A DNA stretch of 64,000 bases from a virus, in IMG/VR virus record IMGVR_UViG_3300006175_000009, positions 14,118 through 78,117 of that record; one strand, written 5' to 3'. Made by a program: the position numbers and the translations under genes. Below are positions 38,001 to 47,530 of the stretch, piece after piece. Numbering within the stretch: the first letter of the stretch is position 1; every line of letters starts with the position of its first letter. Under the pieces are notes generated by a model. The model had not been told where the DNA came from. It did not search any database and saw nothing but the letters and a program-made list of their open reading frames with translations.

Positions 38001-38990
38001 CTTCTGGAGACCGGCCATGACCGGAATCAGAGCGCGCTCAACTGGCGGGAATCCATAAGGAGTCCAACGACGTGCCACCATCGGCAGGTACAGAAGCTGA
38101 CCAGCGTGGAACTGGCTCACCTCGGAGCCATTCAGTCGGCCGTCGTCCAGATCCCTTTCGGTGATCAGGGACATGAGATCAACGCGAGGAACTCCGTACA
38201 GATACTGCTGGTAAGCGGGCGCTGGTGGACGTGGGCGCTCACCGTGCATGCCGAATAGCGGCCTGATGGTCGGGCCGGAGATCAGCGAAAGAGAGTCAAG
38301 GTCGGACCCAAGAAGCCCATGCCCATGACCACGAGCCCACTTGGGCCGGATAAGCAGAGACAGCGCATCGAAGACGAAGACCTCTTCGGAAAGCGCGTCC
38401 AGGAAAGAGGCCCAGTTGAAGAAGTCCGGGTCGGGACGCTTGAAGAACTTGACGACCTCCGCCCTGCGAGAACCGAAGCTCTTGGCCAGGGACGGGCTTC
38501 CTCGCATGGCCTTGGAGGCGTCACGGGTCGGCAGAATGTCCCACTCGACACCACGGACCTCGTTCTTGCGGAGTTGAATGCAGGCACGTGCGACCGAATA
38601 CAGATCGGCCAGAGTCTTGAGAGTGGAGAAGTCGGCGAGCTTTACGCCCTCAGAGCCAGGCTGGCCTACCGGAAGGTTCCAACCTACCTGGTATTCCTGG
38701 AGACGTGGCTCGGAAAAGCCACTGTCCTGTGAGGGAACATCGACCGGAACCGGAAGAATCGGGTTCTGCGGACCGAATGAACCATCGGAGAAGATGGACG
38801 GATCACGAGGAAGGACTAGGCTGCCACTTCCGTATGCGTGACCCCAGCTCATGGTGTCCATGCTGTTGGCCATGGCGGCTGCGCCATTACCCCAAGCGCC
38901 ACCCGAAACAGGAGCCCCGCCCATGCCAGACATTCCACCTGGAGATGGAAATGCCTTGTTGGCTGCGAGGATTGACTTGCGACTTGCCAC
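35007..38990 (-). CDS. Portal protein fused to MuF-like, ParB/Srx-like, HiPIP-like and C-terminal domains
   Basis: Portal motifs (YGFPPVE, YYREGTVP, CMAFDVQPMELG, SIDEAREEL); CALC...GGPRCNCSL; IVDGHHR; C..C.MF....C..VEG.I....CDEW. Confidence 0.85.
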   Translation of the reverse strand: MASRKSILAANKAFPSPGGMSGMGGAPVSGGAWGNGAAAMANSMDTMSWGHAYGSGSLVLPRDPSIFSDGSFGPQNPILPVPVDVPSQDSGFSEPRLQEYQVGWNLPVGQPGSEGVKLADFSTLKTLADLYSVARACIQLRKNEVRGVEWDILPTRDASKAMRGSPSLAKSFGSRRAEVVKFFKRPDPDFFNWASFLDALSEEVFVFDALSLLIRPKWARGHGHGLLGSDLDSLSLISGPTIRPLFGMHGERPRPPAPAYQQYLYGVPRVDLMSLITERDLDDGRLNGSEVSQFHAGQLLYLPMVARRWTPYGFPPVERALIPVMAGLQKQGFQLDYYREGTVPAVYISPGGANANMTPNQIRELQDALNAIAGDPAWKHKIIVLPADSKVMPQKQGQLADQFDEIVMNQVCMAFDVQPMELGIMPKVSTTVSPGAANQMSKSSQNIHERKATKPFLSFVADIMNVIIQEVCGQSDMRFMFEGLEEGEDEQIKTQILIDQVGSALRSIDEAREELDLQPWGLPETSDPGWATATGWTPLTEAIAAARTGAQEGSVFVSPDGMPATGPGGPSGAGASADSGEPVPGDPAEPSTPDLASPAGGVEVPAGEPEMTPGHHAATAGADTPEVPLPMAKGEEPEIVKGGNKFQDRRTKRIDKFTEKVGDQLEQLVESVRDGKIDRNKAVHLGVTFLTAGYKDVMSKAVDDATDDLELDYTGNSAGHEQEWKLAEGQRQWLDGLIQTAIAKPDKKLKGRIGIYAQSLQFAYNKAYGDAVRASGGEWEATWHLGSGENCALCIDRDGQTFSLSELPGYPGDGAFGDICEGGPRCNCSLEYSEAKRKDTATKPHEDRGMTELSRGDMKDRVAELINGRVRASGKLPPQSVKAQDVSDADVARVFASKTRAILSELESMARHVKKGRQVSDWEPRHLSSDVLARINEYMAKGAEVDQAVEMVRQQRLVDSAGQVFWKDLIGDWRPGDYTHGGYELQPHDVNDMHVSGDAVGKGAKDLDDPNPVAETHVLNMMRGDFDDKGLKWVKDARWVGPVEVPLERIDFDDADNWAAANEPESVAEMAKKLKKGKELKPGISIRQTEGDSRIKIVDGHHRVLAYKKLGRPFVTYLGFVPEDDDRWEQTHSYQFAKDGKQSGSATVARPDAEKGQKVSKESVDYRESDNPNKRCGTCSMFLPSGSCTLVEGLIKAEDVCDEWDAIKADKGMGMAIHEQLGGGQSAPAATPTVAPAPEQHVSQQGVVDESIMMQDPTLIDFFETGAGAAQIKWGTTGDIGRCVTLATQTLGLENSRTFCQVRYGNMTGQDASGLVHQAPSGAGGGN

Positions 38991-39199
38991 TCTATTGGCC
39001 TCCGGCCGTGTTGTGGACTCAACGTCTCCGACGCCAAGCCTCTTGACTAAAGACCTACTCTACAGCCGTTAGGTTCCAAGTGGAAGCTGGAGAGCTATGG
39101 TTGCTGGCTGGACTACCACGGGGTCAGTCGTTTGTGCGAGAACTGGAACGGTCGGTAGACGCAGAGTGATCCCACTCGCGGTAATGGACACAACCGGCA

Positions 39200-39994
39200 T
39201 TAGATGGCCGTCCAAACGGTTCCATCAGAAATCAGGGTGACCTTGGCTCCGGCAGACGACAGAACCAGTGACGACAGACCGTCGATCAGCGCTCCGCCGA
39301 CAGGAACCTGGACCGTAACCGTGTTGAGGGAGGTGTCTACCTTCTTGATGACGACCTGCATCGACGGAGGCGCGGAAGGGGGCAGCGTAACGACAATGGG
39401 CGCAGTGAGAGCGTTGGCCTTGACAACGTCCCAGAAGTTCGCAGTGACCGACACATTGACATTCCGAACGAAGTAGAGCGGAACGCCACCGAGATTCGCC
39501 AGAGCAGTCGAAGGAGCTGTCAGGTCTGAAAGGTTGTTGGCCTTCTGAGTGGCATTCACGATTCGGGGATCATTGCCCGCTGCAATCGTTCCAGGCCCAG
39601 TTCCAACCTGAACGACCTGAACCCAGATAGCAGCACCTGGCGTGGCATTGGTGCAGATATACGCGGTCGAGGTCACCGTGTTCATCCACAGCGAGGCCAC
39701 TCCGTAGCCCTGGGTGGAGTCATTGGCGACAGTCGGATTGACCTTGCTCTGAAGGTTGCAGGCACCTGTTCCGGTTACGAACTGACGCAGGTTTCCCCAG
39801 TACCCCTGAACCTTCGGGCCGTAGAAACCTGCGTAGTTGTTGCTGTCGATGTAGAAGTCGCCGTCGTTGCCAACGGTTCCCGGATCTGGAACTCCCTGTC
39901 CTACGAGCCAGCTAACACCGGTTGCCACTGGACTTGGCCCCACAATCACATTCGCGCCAGAAACACTGACGAGTCCACTCTGAACGGCTGCCAT
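39200..39994 (-). CDS. Virion fibre-like protein
   Basis: G.GVP...GNDGDFYID, KANNLSDL..A.ANLG and TLP..IKKVD...ISDG..W motifs. Confidence 0.6.
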   Translation of the reverse strand: MAAVQSGLVSVSGANVIVGPSPVATGVSWLVGQGVPDPGTVGNDGDFYIDSNNYAGFYGPKVQGYWGNLRQFVTGTGACNLQSKVNPTVANDSTQGYGVASLWMNTVTSTAYICTNATPGAAIWVQVVQVGTGPGTIAAGNDPRIVNATQKANNLSDLTAPSTALANLGGVPLYFVRNVNVSVTANFWDVVKANALTAPIVVTLPPSAPPSMQVVIKKVDTSLNTVTVQVPVGGALIDGLSSLVLSSAGAKVTLISDGTVWTAI

Positions 39995-40374
39995 TACTGG
40001 GCCATCGCGATCTGCTGAGCGAAGGCAGTCCCTGATACCCAGGCCGTAGCGTCAGAGAGACCGGGGTCCATCCACAGCGAGTAGACGTAGCCCTTCTGGG
40101 TCAGTGCTCCGGTAGCAGTAGGGGACAGGATCACCTGCACGGTCATCTTGTTCGTGTCCACCACGATGGAACCAGCAGCACTGGAGGCAGAGGATAGAAC
40201 CTTGATTGCAGGGGTCACCGAAGAAGCCTCGGAAGGGTCGTTTCGAACGACGAATTCCCAGGTCTTGCCCGTGATGTTGAACGGAGTGCCGTCAGAGTTC
40301 TGAATGGTGTAGGTCTGAGACCACTGGGAACCGATGCCCACATTGATACTCAGGGCGTTTGGTAGAGCCGCCAT
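39994..40374 (-). CDS. BppU-like Ig-fold virion protein
   Basis: DGTPFNITG..F.VR...YVYSL pattern. Confidence 0.5.
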   Translation of the reverse strand: MAALPNALSINVGIGSQWSQTYTIQNSDGTPFNITGKTWEFVVRNDPSEASSVTPAIKVLSSASSAAGSIVVDTNKMTVQVILSPTATGALTQKGYVYSLWMDPGLSDATAWVSGTAFAQQIAMAQ

Positions 40375-40389
40375 CCTACCCCCTCCTTG

Positions 40390-41538
40390 TTATGGTGCTG
40401 CTGTTGGAGTTGCGGGCGGAGAAGTGATCCCGGCCTGCTGTTGCACTAGGGTGACCGCGTCAGAATCTGCCCAGTTTAGCGTCTTACAGCTTAGCAGTGA
40501 CGGGTCCTGATTGGAATTGTACTGCTGCTGACAGTAAGCGTTGAACGTTGCCGTGAAAGCTACCAGGGCTGACGGGTCAAAATACGGAAACGGTGGGACC
40601 AGTGCTACCGGAGTCCCCGTAATCGGGTTGTCCATGTAGTAAACGTAAGTAGGTGAATTGTTGCCGGACACGAGCTTGTTAGCCATGGCTGCGCGTACCA
40701 ATCCAGTCGTTAACCCAACCGGTAGCCTTGATCTCGGTCACGTCGATGACGCCCATGCGCCAAGCCAGTTCGCAATACTGGCCCACCAGGCTTTCGAAAT
40801 GCGTCAGCTCATCGCCCCGATCGAATCCGAAAGGAGGGCTCAGCGTGATGTCACTTCGAGTGACAGGGTTCTGGAGCTTTTCGACCTTGAAGCGATAGGG
40901 CTCCCCCGTGCTCATATTGATCAGATCGGACATGCCTTACTCGTCCTCCAGCAGGTCTGGCTGTGACAGAATGCCAAGCTCCCAAGCCTGTCGAGGTTCC
41001 CAGAATTCGACCCTGGTCACAGTCCCACCGGCCCCAAACTCCATACTCTTCAGTCGGGGGCAGGGCTGCCTGTCGAGAGGGACGTTGGGTACGAGGGAAT
41101 GGATGCCCGCACACCAGATACAGATCGTGTGGTCTTCCAGCTTCTTCGCTGGCTCGACCTCTGGTTCTTCGGGTACCGGCCAGGCTCCTACTGTGGTAGG
41201 ATCTTCCCGCTCAGCCAGATCCGTGATCGTCGCCACCATGAGGCGTCCTTGGCTCCTTCAGACTTGTTCAGCAGGTATCGCAGGACGTGTACGCCACGAA
41301 CACCTGAATCCTGCGTAGGCATCATGATCGTGGCCATGATGACATGGGCTCCCGTGAATGCCGCAAGAGCCTGAGTGTCATTGTCGAGATCGACACCCAT
41401 CTCCCGGAAGGTCTCACGAACTCCCGCACACCACTGGTCGCGCTGCGCAACAGGGATCGAGGCCAGAGGAACTCCGCAGAACTCCTCCAGCTTCTCTACG
41501 CCAGTGCGAGCCTGGTCCCGTAGGGTCACTTCGCTCAC
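40390..41538 (-). other. Block of four small hypothetical genes between terminase and portal (40390-40701, 40679-40933, 40937-41239, 41188-41538)
   Basis: Tightly packed same-strand ORFs. Confidence 0.5.
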
Positions 41539-41827
41539 CTCTTAGCCACCAGCAATCCCGAGTGTTCCGCCTGGCCAAGCACGGAGATGATTCCTGCGCT
41601 TGCCTCACGGGCCGAACAGAAGACCTCGTGAGCCTGACGCTGCTTCACTGCCTCATCGTACTCCGGCCACGAGTTGGCAATCCAAAGCCTGCCGCAGAAG
41701 TTGATATCCGCCTGACAGAGAAGGACGGTCGGAATGGTGCGAGGAGTCCCGTAGACAACCTCACCCTGAGAGATCGGGGCAGTCTTTACCATGGGACTAT
41801 GGTATGGGTTATTCGCCTCATGGTCAA

Positions 41828-43282
41828 TTACGCAGCGCTCTCGAACACGTGCGGGTCGCCACACTTCGGGCAGCGAAGCGGGTTGGTCTTGAGTACGAAG
41901 GGCCTGTCACAGCCCCCACAGCGCACTACCCCATAGGCGGACGACCAAGACCCTCCAGATAGACCTGTTAGGCCCGTGATGGCCCACACAAGGGCGTCCA
42001 GACGGTCAGGAGACTTGCCGCTGACTCCGGGAATCCAGTCGCACATCTCGTCTTCGAGCTGAGTGAGCATGCCAATGTGGTGGATGCGCTTCTGCTCATA
42101 CAGCGACGCCACTGGCTCAGCACGGATTTCCTTACCGCGCGAGGCTCGAACAGTCTTGAACGGAACATGTGGATCGACGTGTCGAAGCACGGACCCGATG
42201 TAGTCACCACCGTTGTTGACCTCAGCCACCACCGAGTCAGCATGGAACTCGTGGTAAGCCTTGACGGCTTCCCGCATTGCAGCTTCCGGAGAAGCCTTCA
42301 CTGAGCGGTCTGCAAGCACATACCCATGACCACGATCATCGGAAGCAACAACGACAATGCCAGTGAGGTCAGAGCTTTCGTCACTAGTGACAGCAGGGTC
42401 CACAGCAACCACCACCTGGACGAGATCCTCAGGAACCTCATCGCGGGTGATTCGTGCATCGTCAATATCGACACGCTTGAAAAGCGCGCCCTCAATGTCC
42501 TCAAGAAGGACACCGTACAACTCCTGCTGACCTAGTCGTGTTCCGTCGTATCGACGCTTTAGTTCGTCCAGCGCAACCGCTGAAAGGTGCTCGCGATTGT
42601 CGAATGAGGAACCGCGAGTCAGGTGGACCGTGCCGTCACGTCGGCTGTACAGATCCTTGACGAGTGGGGTTGGTCGTGGGGTGGTGGTCACCACGATCCG
42701 GGGGTGGTCGCCCTTACGTACGGCGGGGACGATTCCCTCATACCAGATCTCGGGGCGACGCCAGGAACCGATCTCGTCGGCCCAGACACCCCAGAGATTC
42801 AGACCACGCGCGCGCTCAGGTTCGTCAGCCGAGATGCCGTGAATCTTGGAGCCGTTGGTCAGCTTGATCTGAAGCTCATTGCGGAGATACTGCTGCATCT
42901 CCCCTTCGTTGAACCGCTTCAGAATTCCGGAGTCACCTTCGAAACAGGTTCGCTGGACGTCACGGAATGTCGGAGCAACTACGAGCCATTCCGAGTTTGG
43001 GATGGAGAGAGCCTGGTGAACAATCCACGACGCCCCAACAAACGTCTTTCCGAATCCACGCCCAGCAAGCAGTAGCCAGATGTTCCACGAATCGTCGGGA
43101 ACTCCGTCGCAGGAGGGGCAGGCGTGTCGTTCGTCGTCTGGTGGGAACTGGGCAGCACGGGCTGTGGCTGAGTACTCACGGTCAGTGAACTCAGGAGCGC
43201 TAAGAGCATCCAGTTCATCCCGAAGGCGCTTCAGCTCTTCTAGCTGAGCTAGCTTGGCCTTCAGCAGGGGTGACTGTGACAT
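41828..43282 (-). CDS. terL: Terminase large subunit
   Basis: AGRGFGKT, RGLNLWGVWADE, TTTPRP, VAVDPA, SPDRLDALVWA. Confidence 0.95.
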   Translation of the reverse strand: MSQSPLLKAKLAQLEELKRLRDELDALSAPEFTDREYSATARAAQFPPDDERHACPSCDGVPDDSWNIWLLLAGRGFGKTFVGASWIVHQALSIPNSEWLVVAPTFRDVQRTCFEGDSGILKRFNEGEMQQYLRNELQIKLTNGSKIHGISADEPERARGLNLWGVWADEIGSWRRPEIWYEGIVPAVRKGDHPRIVVTTTPRPTPLVKDLYSRRDGTVHLTRGSSFDNREHLSAVALDELKRRYDGTRLGQQELYGVLLEDIEGALFKRVDIDDARITRDEVPEDLVQVVVAVDPAVTSDESSDLTGIVVVASDDRGHGYVLADRSVKASPEAAMREAVKAYHEFHADSVVAEVNNGGDYIGSVLRHVDPHVPFKTVRASRGKEIRAEPVASLYEQKRIHHIGMLTQLEDEMCDWIPGVSGKSPDRLDALVWAITGLTGLSGGSWSSAYGVVRCGGCDRPFVLKTNPLRCPKCGDPHVFESAA

Positions 43283-43304
43283 ACCCTTAGCGCTCCTGTG
43301 CTAC

Positions 43305-43628
43305 TTACTTCTTGGCCGGGTTGACGGTCTCAGCGCTGGCGAGATCGCTCTCCACCACAGCCTTGGCCGCAACAACATCCGCCTTGACCTCGTCCGCGAC
43401 CTTCACGGCATCGGCCTTGACCTCAGCCACGATGGGCTTCTCCTCGGCAGCGACCTGAGCCGCGTCAGCCTTGACTTCAGCCACAACGGCCTCCGAATCG
43501 TGCTTGAAGTGGTCACGCAGGTGGCCCAGGGCGTTCTCCAGCTTGGTGGTCTGGGTGTGGCCCTCGCTCTTCAGCCAGTCAACGACTGCCTGGATATCGG
43601 CCTCAATGGCCTTGAAAGGGTTGCTCAT
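43305..43628 (-). CDS. Hypothetical Ala/Val-rich protein with EVKAD repeats
   Basis: RBS GAGGAG; strong codon bias. Confidence 0.6.
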   Translation of the reverse strand: MSNPFKAIEADIQAVVDWLKSEGHTQTTKLENALGHLRDHFKHDSEAVVAEVKADAAQVAAEEKPIVAEVKADAVKVADEVKADVVAAKAVVESDLASAETVNPAKK

Positions 43629-43908
43629 GTTTCTCCTCGGGGGTTAGGTACCTACCGCAGACAATTGTACTTGTACACCAAGCACATCGCTACATCTGAT
43701 TGTGGTTATCCCATGCTGCCTTGGCGACGGCTACCAGAATCGCAGACCCCAGCAGAAGATCACCTATGACGAGCATCGTCCACTGGGTCATGGCCGCCGG
43801 TAGCTGTCCGACGAACGTCCCGATCAAACTTCCACTCCCGGTAGAACGAAACGGTGAGGCAGACGCCACACAGGACAAGCACGGACCAGGCGATCCAAAA
43901 CCACATGG

Positions 43909-44415
43909 CTACTCGAACTTCAGGAAGTCCGCAGGAACCACGTAGCCTGGCCATTCGCCCTCGAACAGAGGCTTGCCGATCCGGCGGTAAACCTCCGCGA
44001 TGAGCTGTGAGCAGATCTGGTGGCCAGAGCCGGTGACACGGTTCTTGACCCACGGAAGGTTGATCTTGAAGTGGTGCAAGATGATGGCGATGTAGTCCAG
44101 GAAAGAGTACTTGACACCGAGCATCTTGCTGGCCTCGTTGCCAATCTGAGCCTGCTCCTCATCAGTCAGTTCCATCGGACGAACCCAGAGGATCTTCTCG
44201 CCTTCGTAACGCGAGCTGACGCGACTGATCACAGCACCACCAGGCTGACCCTCAAGCGCCCAGTCGGTTCCCACGCAGAGCATCGAGTGCTCCCACTTCG
44301 CGTCCTTCCAGCTCGATCCGTTGAGCCACTGGCCGACGCGGATGAACCACCCAGTCAGTCCACGAACCTTCACGAGACCGATATCCCCCGTGCGGGGAAT
44401 CTCAACAGCAGTCAT
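43909..44415 (-). CDS. Permuted papain-like NlpC/P60 (YiiX/YaeF-type) enzyme
   Basis: GDIGLV, WEH..L, YSFLDY, ICSQLIAEVY, VVPADF; catalytic His precedes Cys. Confidence 0.75.
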   Translation of the reverse strand: MTAVEIPRTGDIGLVKVRGLTGWFIRVGQWLNGSSWKDAKWEHSMLCVGTDWALEGQPGGAVISRVSSRYEGEKILWVRPMELTDEEQAQIGNEASKMLGVKYSFLDYIAIILHHFKINLPWVKNRVTGSGHQICSQLIAEVYRRIGKPLFEGEWPGYVVPADFLKFE

Positions 44416-44581
44416 TCTCCACCTGTTCCATTCGAAGCCAGTTGACCACGTTGTCCATCTCAGTGCCCTCAAGAGGCGGCAGGCCGAGACGAGCACGTGC
44501 TTCGTTGATTGTAAGGTCTCCGAAGTAGACTGCGTCAGTCATCTCTTCGAGGAGATCCTGATCCTGCTGGTAGTCCTTCAC
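44402..44581 (-). CDS. 59-aa protein containing a portal C-terminal-like motif; absent from the ORF track
   Basis: GTGA overlap with the upstream stop; MKDYQQDQDLLEEMTDAVYFGDLTINEARARLGLPPLEGTEMDNVVNWLRMEQVENDCC. Confidence 0.55.
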   Translation of the reverse strand: MKDYQQDQDLLEEMTDAVYFGDLTINEARARLGLPPLEGTEMDNVVNWLRMEQVENDCC

Positions 44582-44952
44582 TTCTTCACCCTCAAGAGTC
44601 GAAGTTCAGCCACCGCCAGTTGATCGGCGAGCTGTCGGTTACGCGCCTGCTCTTCGTCCAGAGCATCGGTGAGAACAGCCATCTCTGCCGGATACTCCTT
44701 GACGTCCTCTCGAAGCTTTTCGATGGTGACGTAGAGCGTTCCGACCTTGGAATTTAGACCACCAAGGGTCCGCTTGAGCTGTTGGAGTTCAGTCTCCGCC
44801 TCTTCTGCTACAGCCGAAGCCAGTGCAGCCAGAGCGTGAAGGTCGCCCGCAGTCCAAGACGAGCCTTCTTCGTACGAGTAGAGCGCATCGGCAATACTCC
44901 TTATCTTGTCATGGAGCAGCGTCTTCTGTGGATTGGGCTTCCTTCTGCTCAT
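44578..44952 (-). CDS. Coiled-coil hypothetical protein, probably leaderless
   Basis: TGG-TACTGT 6 nt upstream of ATG. Confidence 0.55.
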   Translation of the reverse strand: MSRRKPNPQKTLLHDKIRSIADALYSYEEGSSWTAGDLHALAALASAVAEEAETELQQLKRTLGGLNSKVGTLYVTIEKLREDVKEYPAEMAVLTDALDEEQARNRQLADQLAVAELRLLRVKK

Positions 44953-45078
44953 GGGTACACAGTACCACAGTTGTTGCACCTGTGGCAAGACTAAAGCCCG
45001 CCTCCTCAGCTCACGGGAGACGGGCCCTAGTGGAAGGAAACCCAACCCCAGGCGTCCTTCGCTTCTTCCGCAATGATC

Positions 45079-45594
45079 CTAGCCGACGATCTCCGCATCC
45101 ACAACCGGAGCTTCAAGGGCTGGCCTCCCGGAACGGGCAGCGATCTCTGCCTTCAGGCGTTCGATCTCGGCATTGACGGTCTGCATCTCGACCACTTCGA
45201 CCTGGGTCTTGATCGCGGCCTCGACACCTGTAAGCTTGGCGATACGCTCCGACACCTTCACGGCAATGTCGATGGCCCTGGTGTTGCCACGCTCGATGCC
45301 CGTCTGGAGCGAGTTGTACAGCGTGTTGAGGCGCTTCAGCTCGATCATGCGAAGGACTTCCTGGGACGTGCGCTCGTTGTGGAGATACTCTTCCTCCAGC
45401 GCATCGTGTACGTCCTTTGCAGCAGCCTCGGCTGTGCCGTAGCCGAGCTGGTAGGAAATCTCCGCGTAGTCATAGCCCTGGATTCGCATCTCCATGGCCT
45501 GGCGTGTCTTGCCCAGGCGCTTGGCTGCCGCCTCCTTGGCTAGAGCGCGGTCCTCGGAGTCGTCGTACTCTTCATCGAATTCAAGCTTTGCCAT
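45079..45594 (-). CDS. Terminase small subunit (HTH)
   Basis: AMEMRIQGYDYAEISYQLGY...IELKRLN.L...ERIAKLTG; typical of actinophage TerS, upstream of terL. Confidence 0.7.
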   Translation of the reverse strand: MAKLEFDEEYDDSEDRALAKEAAAKRLGKTRQAMEMRIQGYDYAEISYQLGYGTAEAAAKDVHDALEEEYLHNERTSQEVLRMIELKRLNTLYNSLQTGIERGNTRAIDIAVKVSERIAKLTGVEAAIKTQVEVVEMQTVNAEIERLKAEIAARSGRPALEAPVVDAEIVG

Positions 45595-45745
45595 GTCGCA
45601 CCCTTCTAGTGGTGCTTATAGCATAGAACGAGGGGCCAGGCGGGAGCTATCCTCAACCAGTCCTGACCCCTCGTAGTGTTGGAGCCGGGCCTCCCCCAAA
45701 GTGGCTCACACAACACCGATTCGATGATAGACCATCAGATGGCCT

Positions 45746-46093
45746 TTAGGCAACATCCTTTGGACCATTGCAGAGGCACTCCCTGCACGACCCGGATGCA
45801 CCATGGTTGTCCACGAAGTGCTTGCACACCGAACACCTTGCCCCCACGACTGCATCGTTGACCTGGAGGTCTCGGACCGGCTGGAGGATTCCACCAGGCT
45901 TGCTGAACCTGACGGCCTTGTCCGTCACAGGAAGTGAAGGCTCGCTGGCTTCAGCCGAGGCAATAGATGCCCACATCTGAGCCATCTGGCAGTTGTACTC
46001 CCGCATACGCTCGTAGTTCAGACCCGAACGTTCCGCGTCCTTGGCATACCGATGAGCGTTGGTGAGAGCCTCGTTCCAGCCGTCCCAACTCAC
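45746..46093 (-). CDS. Hypothetical protein with C-terminal Cys/His Zn finger
   Basis: GTGA overlap; CSVCKH...H...CRECLC. Confidence 0.5.
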   Translation of the reverse strand: MSWDGWNEALTNAHRYAKDAERSGLNYERMREYNCQMAQMWASIASAEASEPSLPVTDKAVRFSKPGGILQPVRDLQVNDAVVGARCSVCKHFVDNHGASGSCRECLCNGPKDVA

Positions 46094-46734
46094 TGAGTGA
46101 CCTCCTTGATACGGGCAGTCAGGGCATCGTGCTCCTTGTCGCCATCCTGAAGAGCCTTGAAGCTGTCGTCCTGCTTGCCGGAGACACACAGGGTGCCAGC
46201 CAGCTTGTAGTCGTTCAGCATGGCAACGAAGTGCTTCTGGGTCTCCTCGTCTGGAGCAGGCTTGGACTGGTCCATCGCCTTCTGGACGTCGGTGACCATG
46301 CTCGGGCAGAAAATCTGCTGGCTCATCTCGTTGGTCCGATAGTCTCCAGACTTCATCGCACCCTGGTCCATGACCACGGCCATGAGGGGGCCCAGCTCGT
46401 CCATCTGCCACTTGGACAGGTTGGCCTTCGTCTCAGCCTTGCTCGGAGCGGAAGCGACCACCGACACGGAAGCAGAGGGCTTCGCCGCCGGAGCAGGAGA
46501 CTTCTTGTCCGAACCGCTGAGTGCCCAGAGTCCACCGACACAGAGGGCAGCTACTGCAACCAGGGTAGCTCCCCGGAGAACTGTGCTGCTGCGTCGAGGC
46601 TTGGGTGTTCCCTCGGACCACGGACCAGCACTGTAGGTGGTCTCTGCGGCCTTCTGGTAGACGTTGGCGACAGGGTGCTGGCGGTGATCCTTCATCAGAC
46701 CGTCGCGTAGCTCGTCGTCGGAATGGTCGTTCAC
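46090..46734 (-). CDS. Single-TM membrane protein with an extracellular domain
   Basis: RBS AAGGAG plus GTG at 46734; TM segment, then a PAPAAKPS linker. Confidence 0.6.
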   Translation of the reverse strand: MNDHSDDELRDGLMKDHRQHPVANVYQKAAETTYSAGPWSEGTPKPRRSSTVLRGATLVAVAALCVGGLWALSGSDKKSPAPAAKPSASVSVVASAPSKAETKANLSKWQMDELGPLMAVVMDQGAMKSGDYRTNEMSQQIFCPSMVTDVQKAMDQSKPAPDEETQKHFVAMLNDYKLAGTLCVSGKQDDSFKALQDGDKEHDALTARIKEVTQ

Positions 46735-46850
46735 GTGTCTCCTTGGGTTGTCGTTACGGGAGAAGCCTCCCACAACAGTTGTCCTACTGTCAAGTACAAG
46801 GGCATGAAGAAACCCCCAGCCATGGGAGTGACCAGGGGCTTCCTCGAAGT

Positions 46851-47246
46851 TCACCGGTTGCGCTGATCCACACGCACAGAAACGTTTATCGGTGAGGCGT
46901 TGTGTCGGCCGCCCGATGAACCTCGCATATAGGCTAGCACCCCGATGATCCCGAGGATCAAGCCCAGAGCAGTTGTGGCCTTTGCAAGGGCCTCAAACAT
47001 GAAGCTCAGACCCCATGCAGCAGCGCCAAGACCAGCAAGAGCAAAACCAGCTCCGGCAAGACGCTGAGCAAGAGGATCAATCCCAGGACGCCCAGATACT
47101 TCACGAACTTCATGGGTTTCGTAACGGGGTCGGACATGGCGAACTCCTCGGTCGGTTGCCCGGAAAGGCTCCAGCTCTCGCTGCGCAGCCTCTCGATAGT
47201 CCACGAGAAGAGCGTCTAGCTGCTCTCGGAGATCAACATCGTTCAT
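46851..47246 (-). CDS. Two-TM membrane protein resembling small Spd-like proteins of Streptomyces conjugative elements
   Basis: IDPLAQRLAGAG..AG.G + second TM + INVSVRVDQR tail; family recognised from memory only. Confidence 0.45.
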   Translation of the reverse strand: MNDVDLREQLDALLVDYREAAQRELEPFRATDRGVRHVRPRYETHEVREVSGRPGIDPLAQRLAGAGFALAGLGAAAWGLSFMFEALAKATTALGLILGIIGVLAYMRGSSGGRHNASPINVSVRVDQRNR

Positions 47247-47249
47247 GCA

Positions 47250-47530
47250 ACCACGTTACTACCTACTTGTTCCCGTGTCAAGGGTTTCCGGCAGCTATGG
47301 CAGTGCCATGGTTGGATCTAGGGTTTTCGGAGGGTGTTTCCGCAGGTCAGAGCCTGTTTTCTATGGTTACTACGGTACTAGGGAAGAAGTAGTAGACAAA
47401 GAAGTACACAACTAGAAGAAACAATAGGGATTCAACCGTTGCAACCGATGCAGCCGTAGCAACTTGACTCCTACCGCAGTAGCACCTACACTGGAACCTC
47501 ACCCCTGAACTCCTCGAAAGGAACCTGAAC
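47250..47530. other. AT-richer divergent intergenic region; candidate replication origin or genome-end region
   Basis: Strand switch; purine-rich AT tract 47378-47430; three 9-bp tandem repeats at 47434-47460. Confidence 0.45.
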
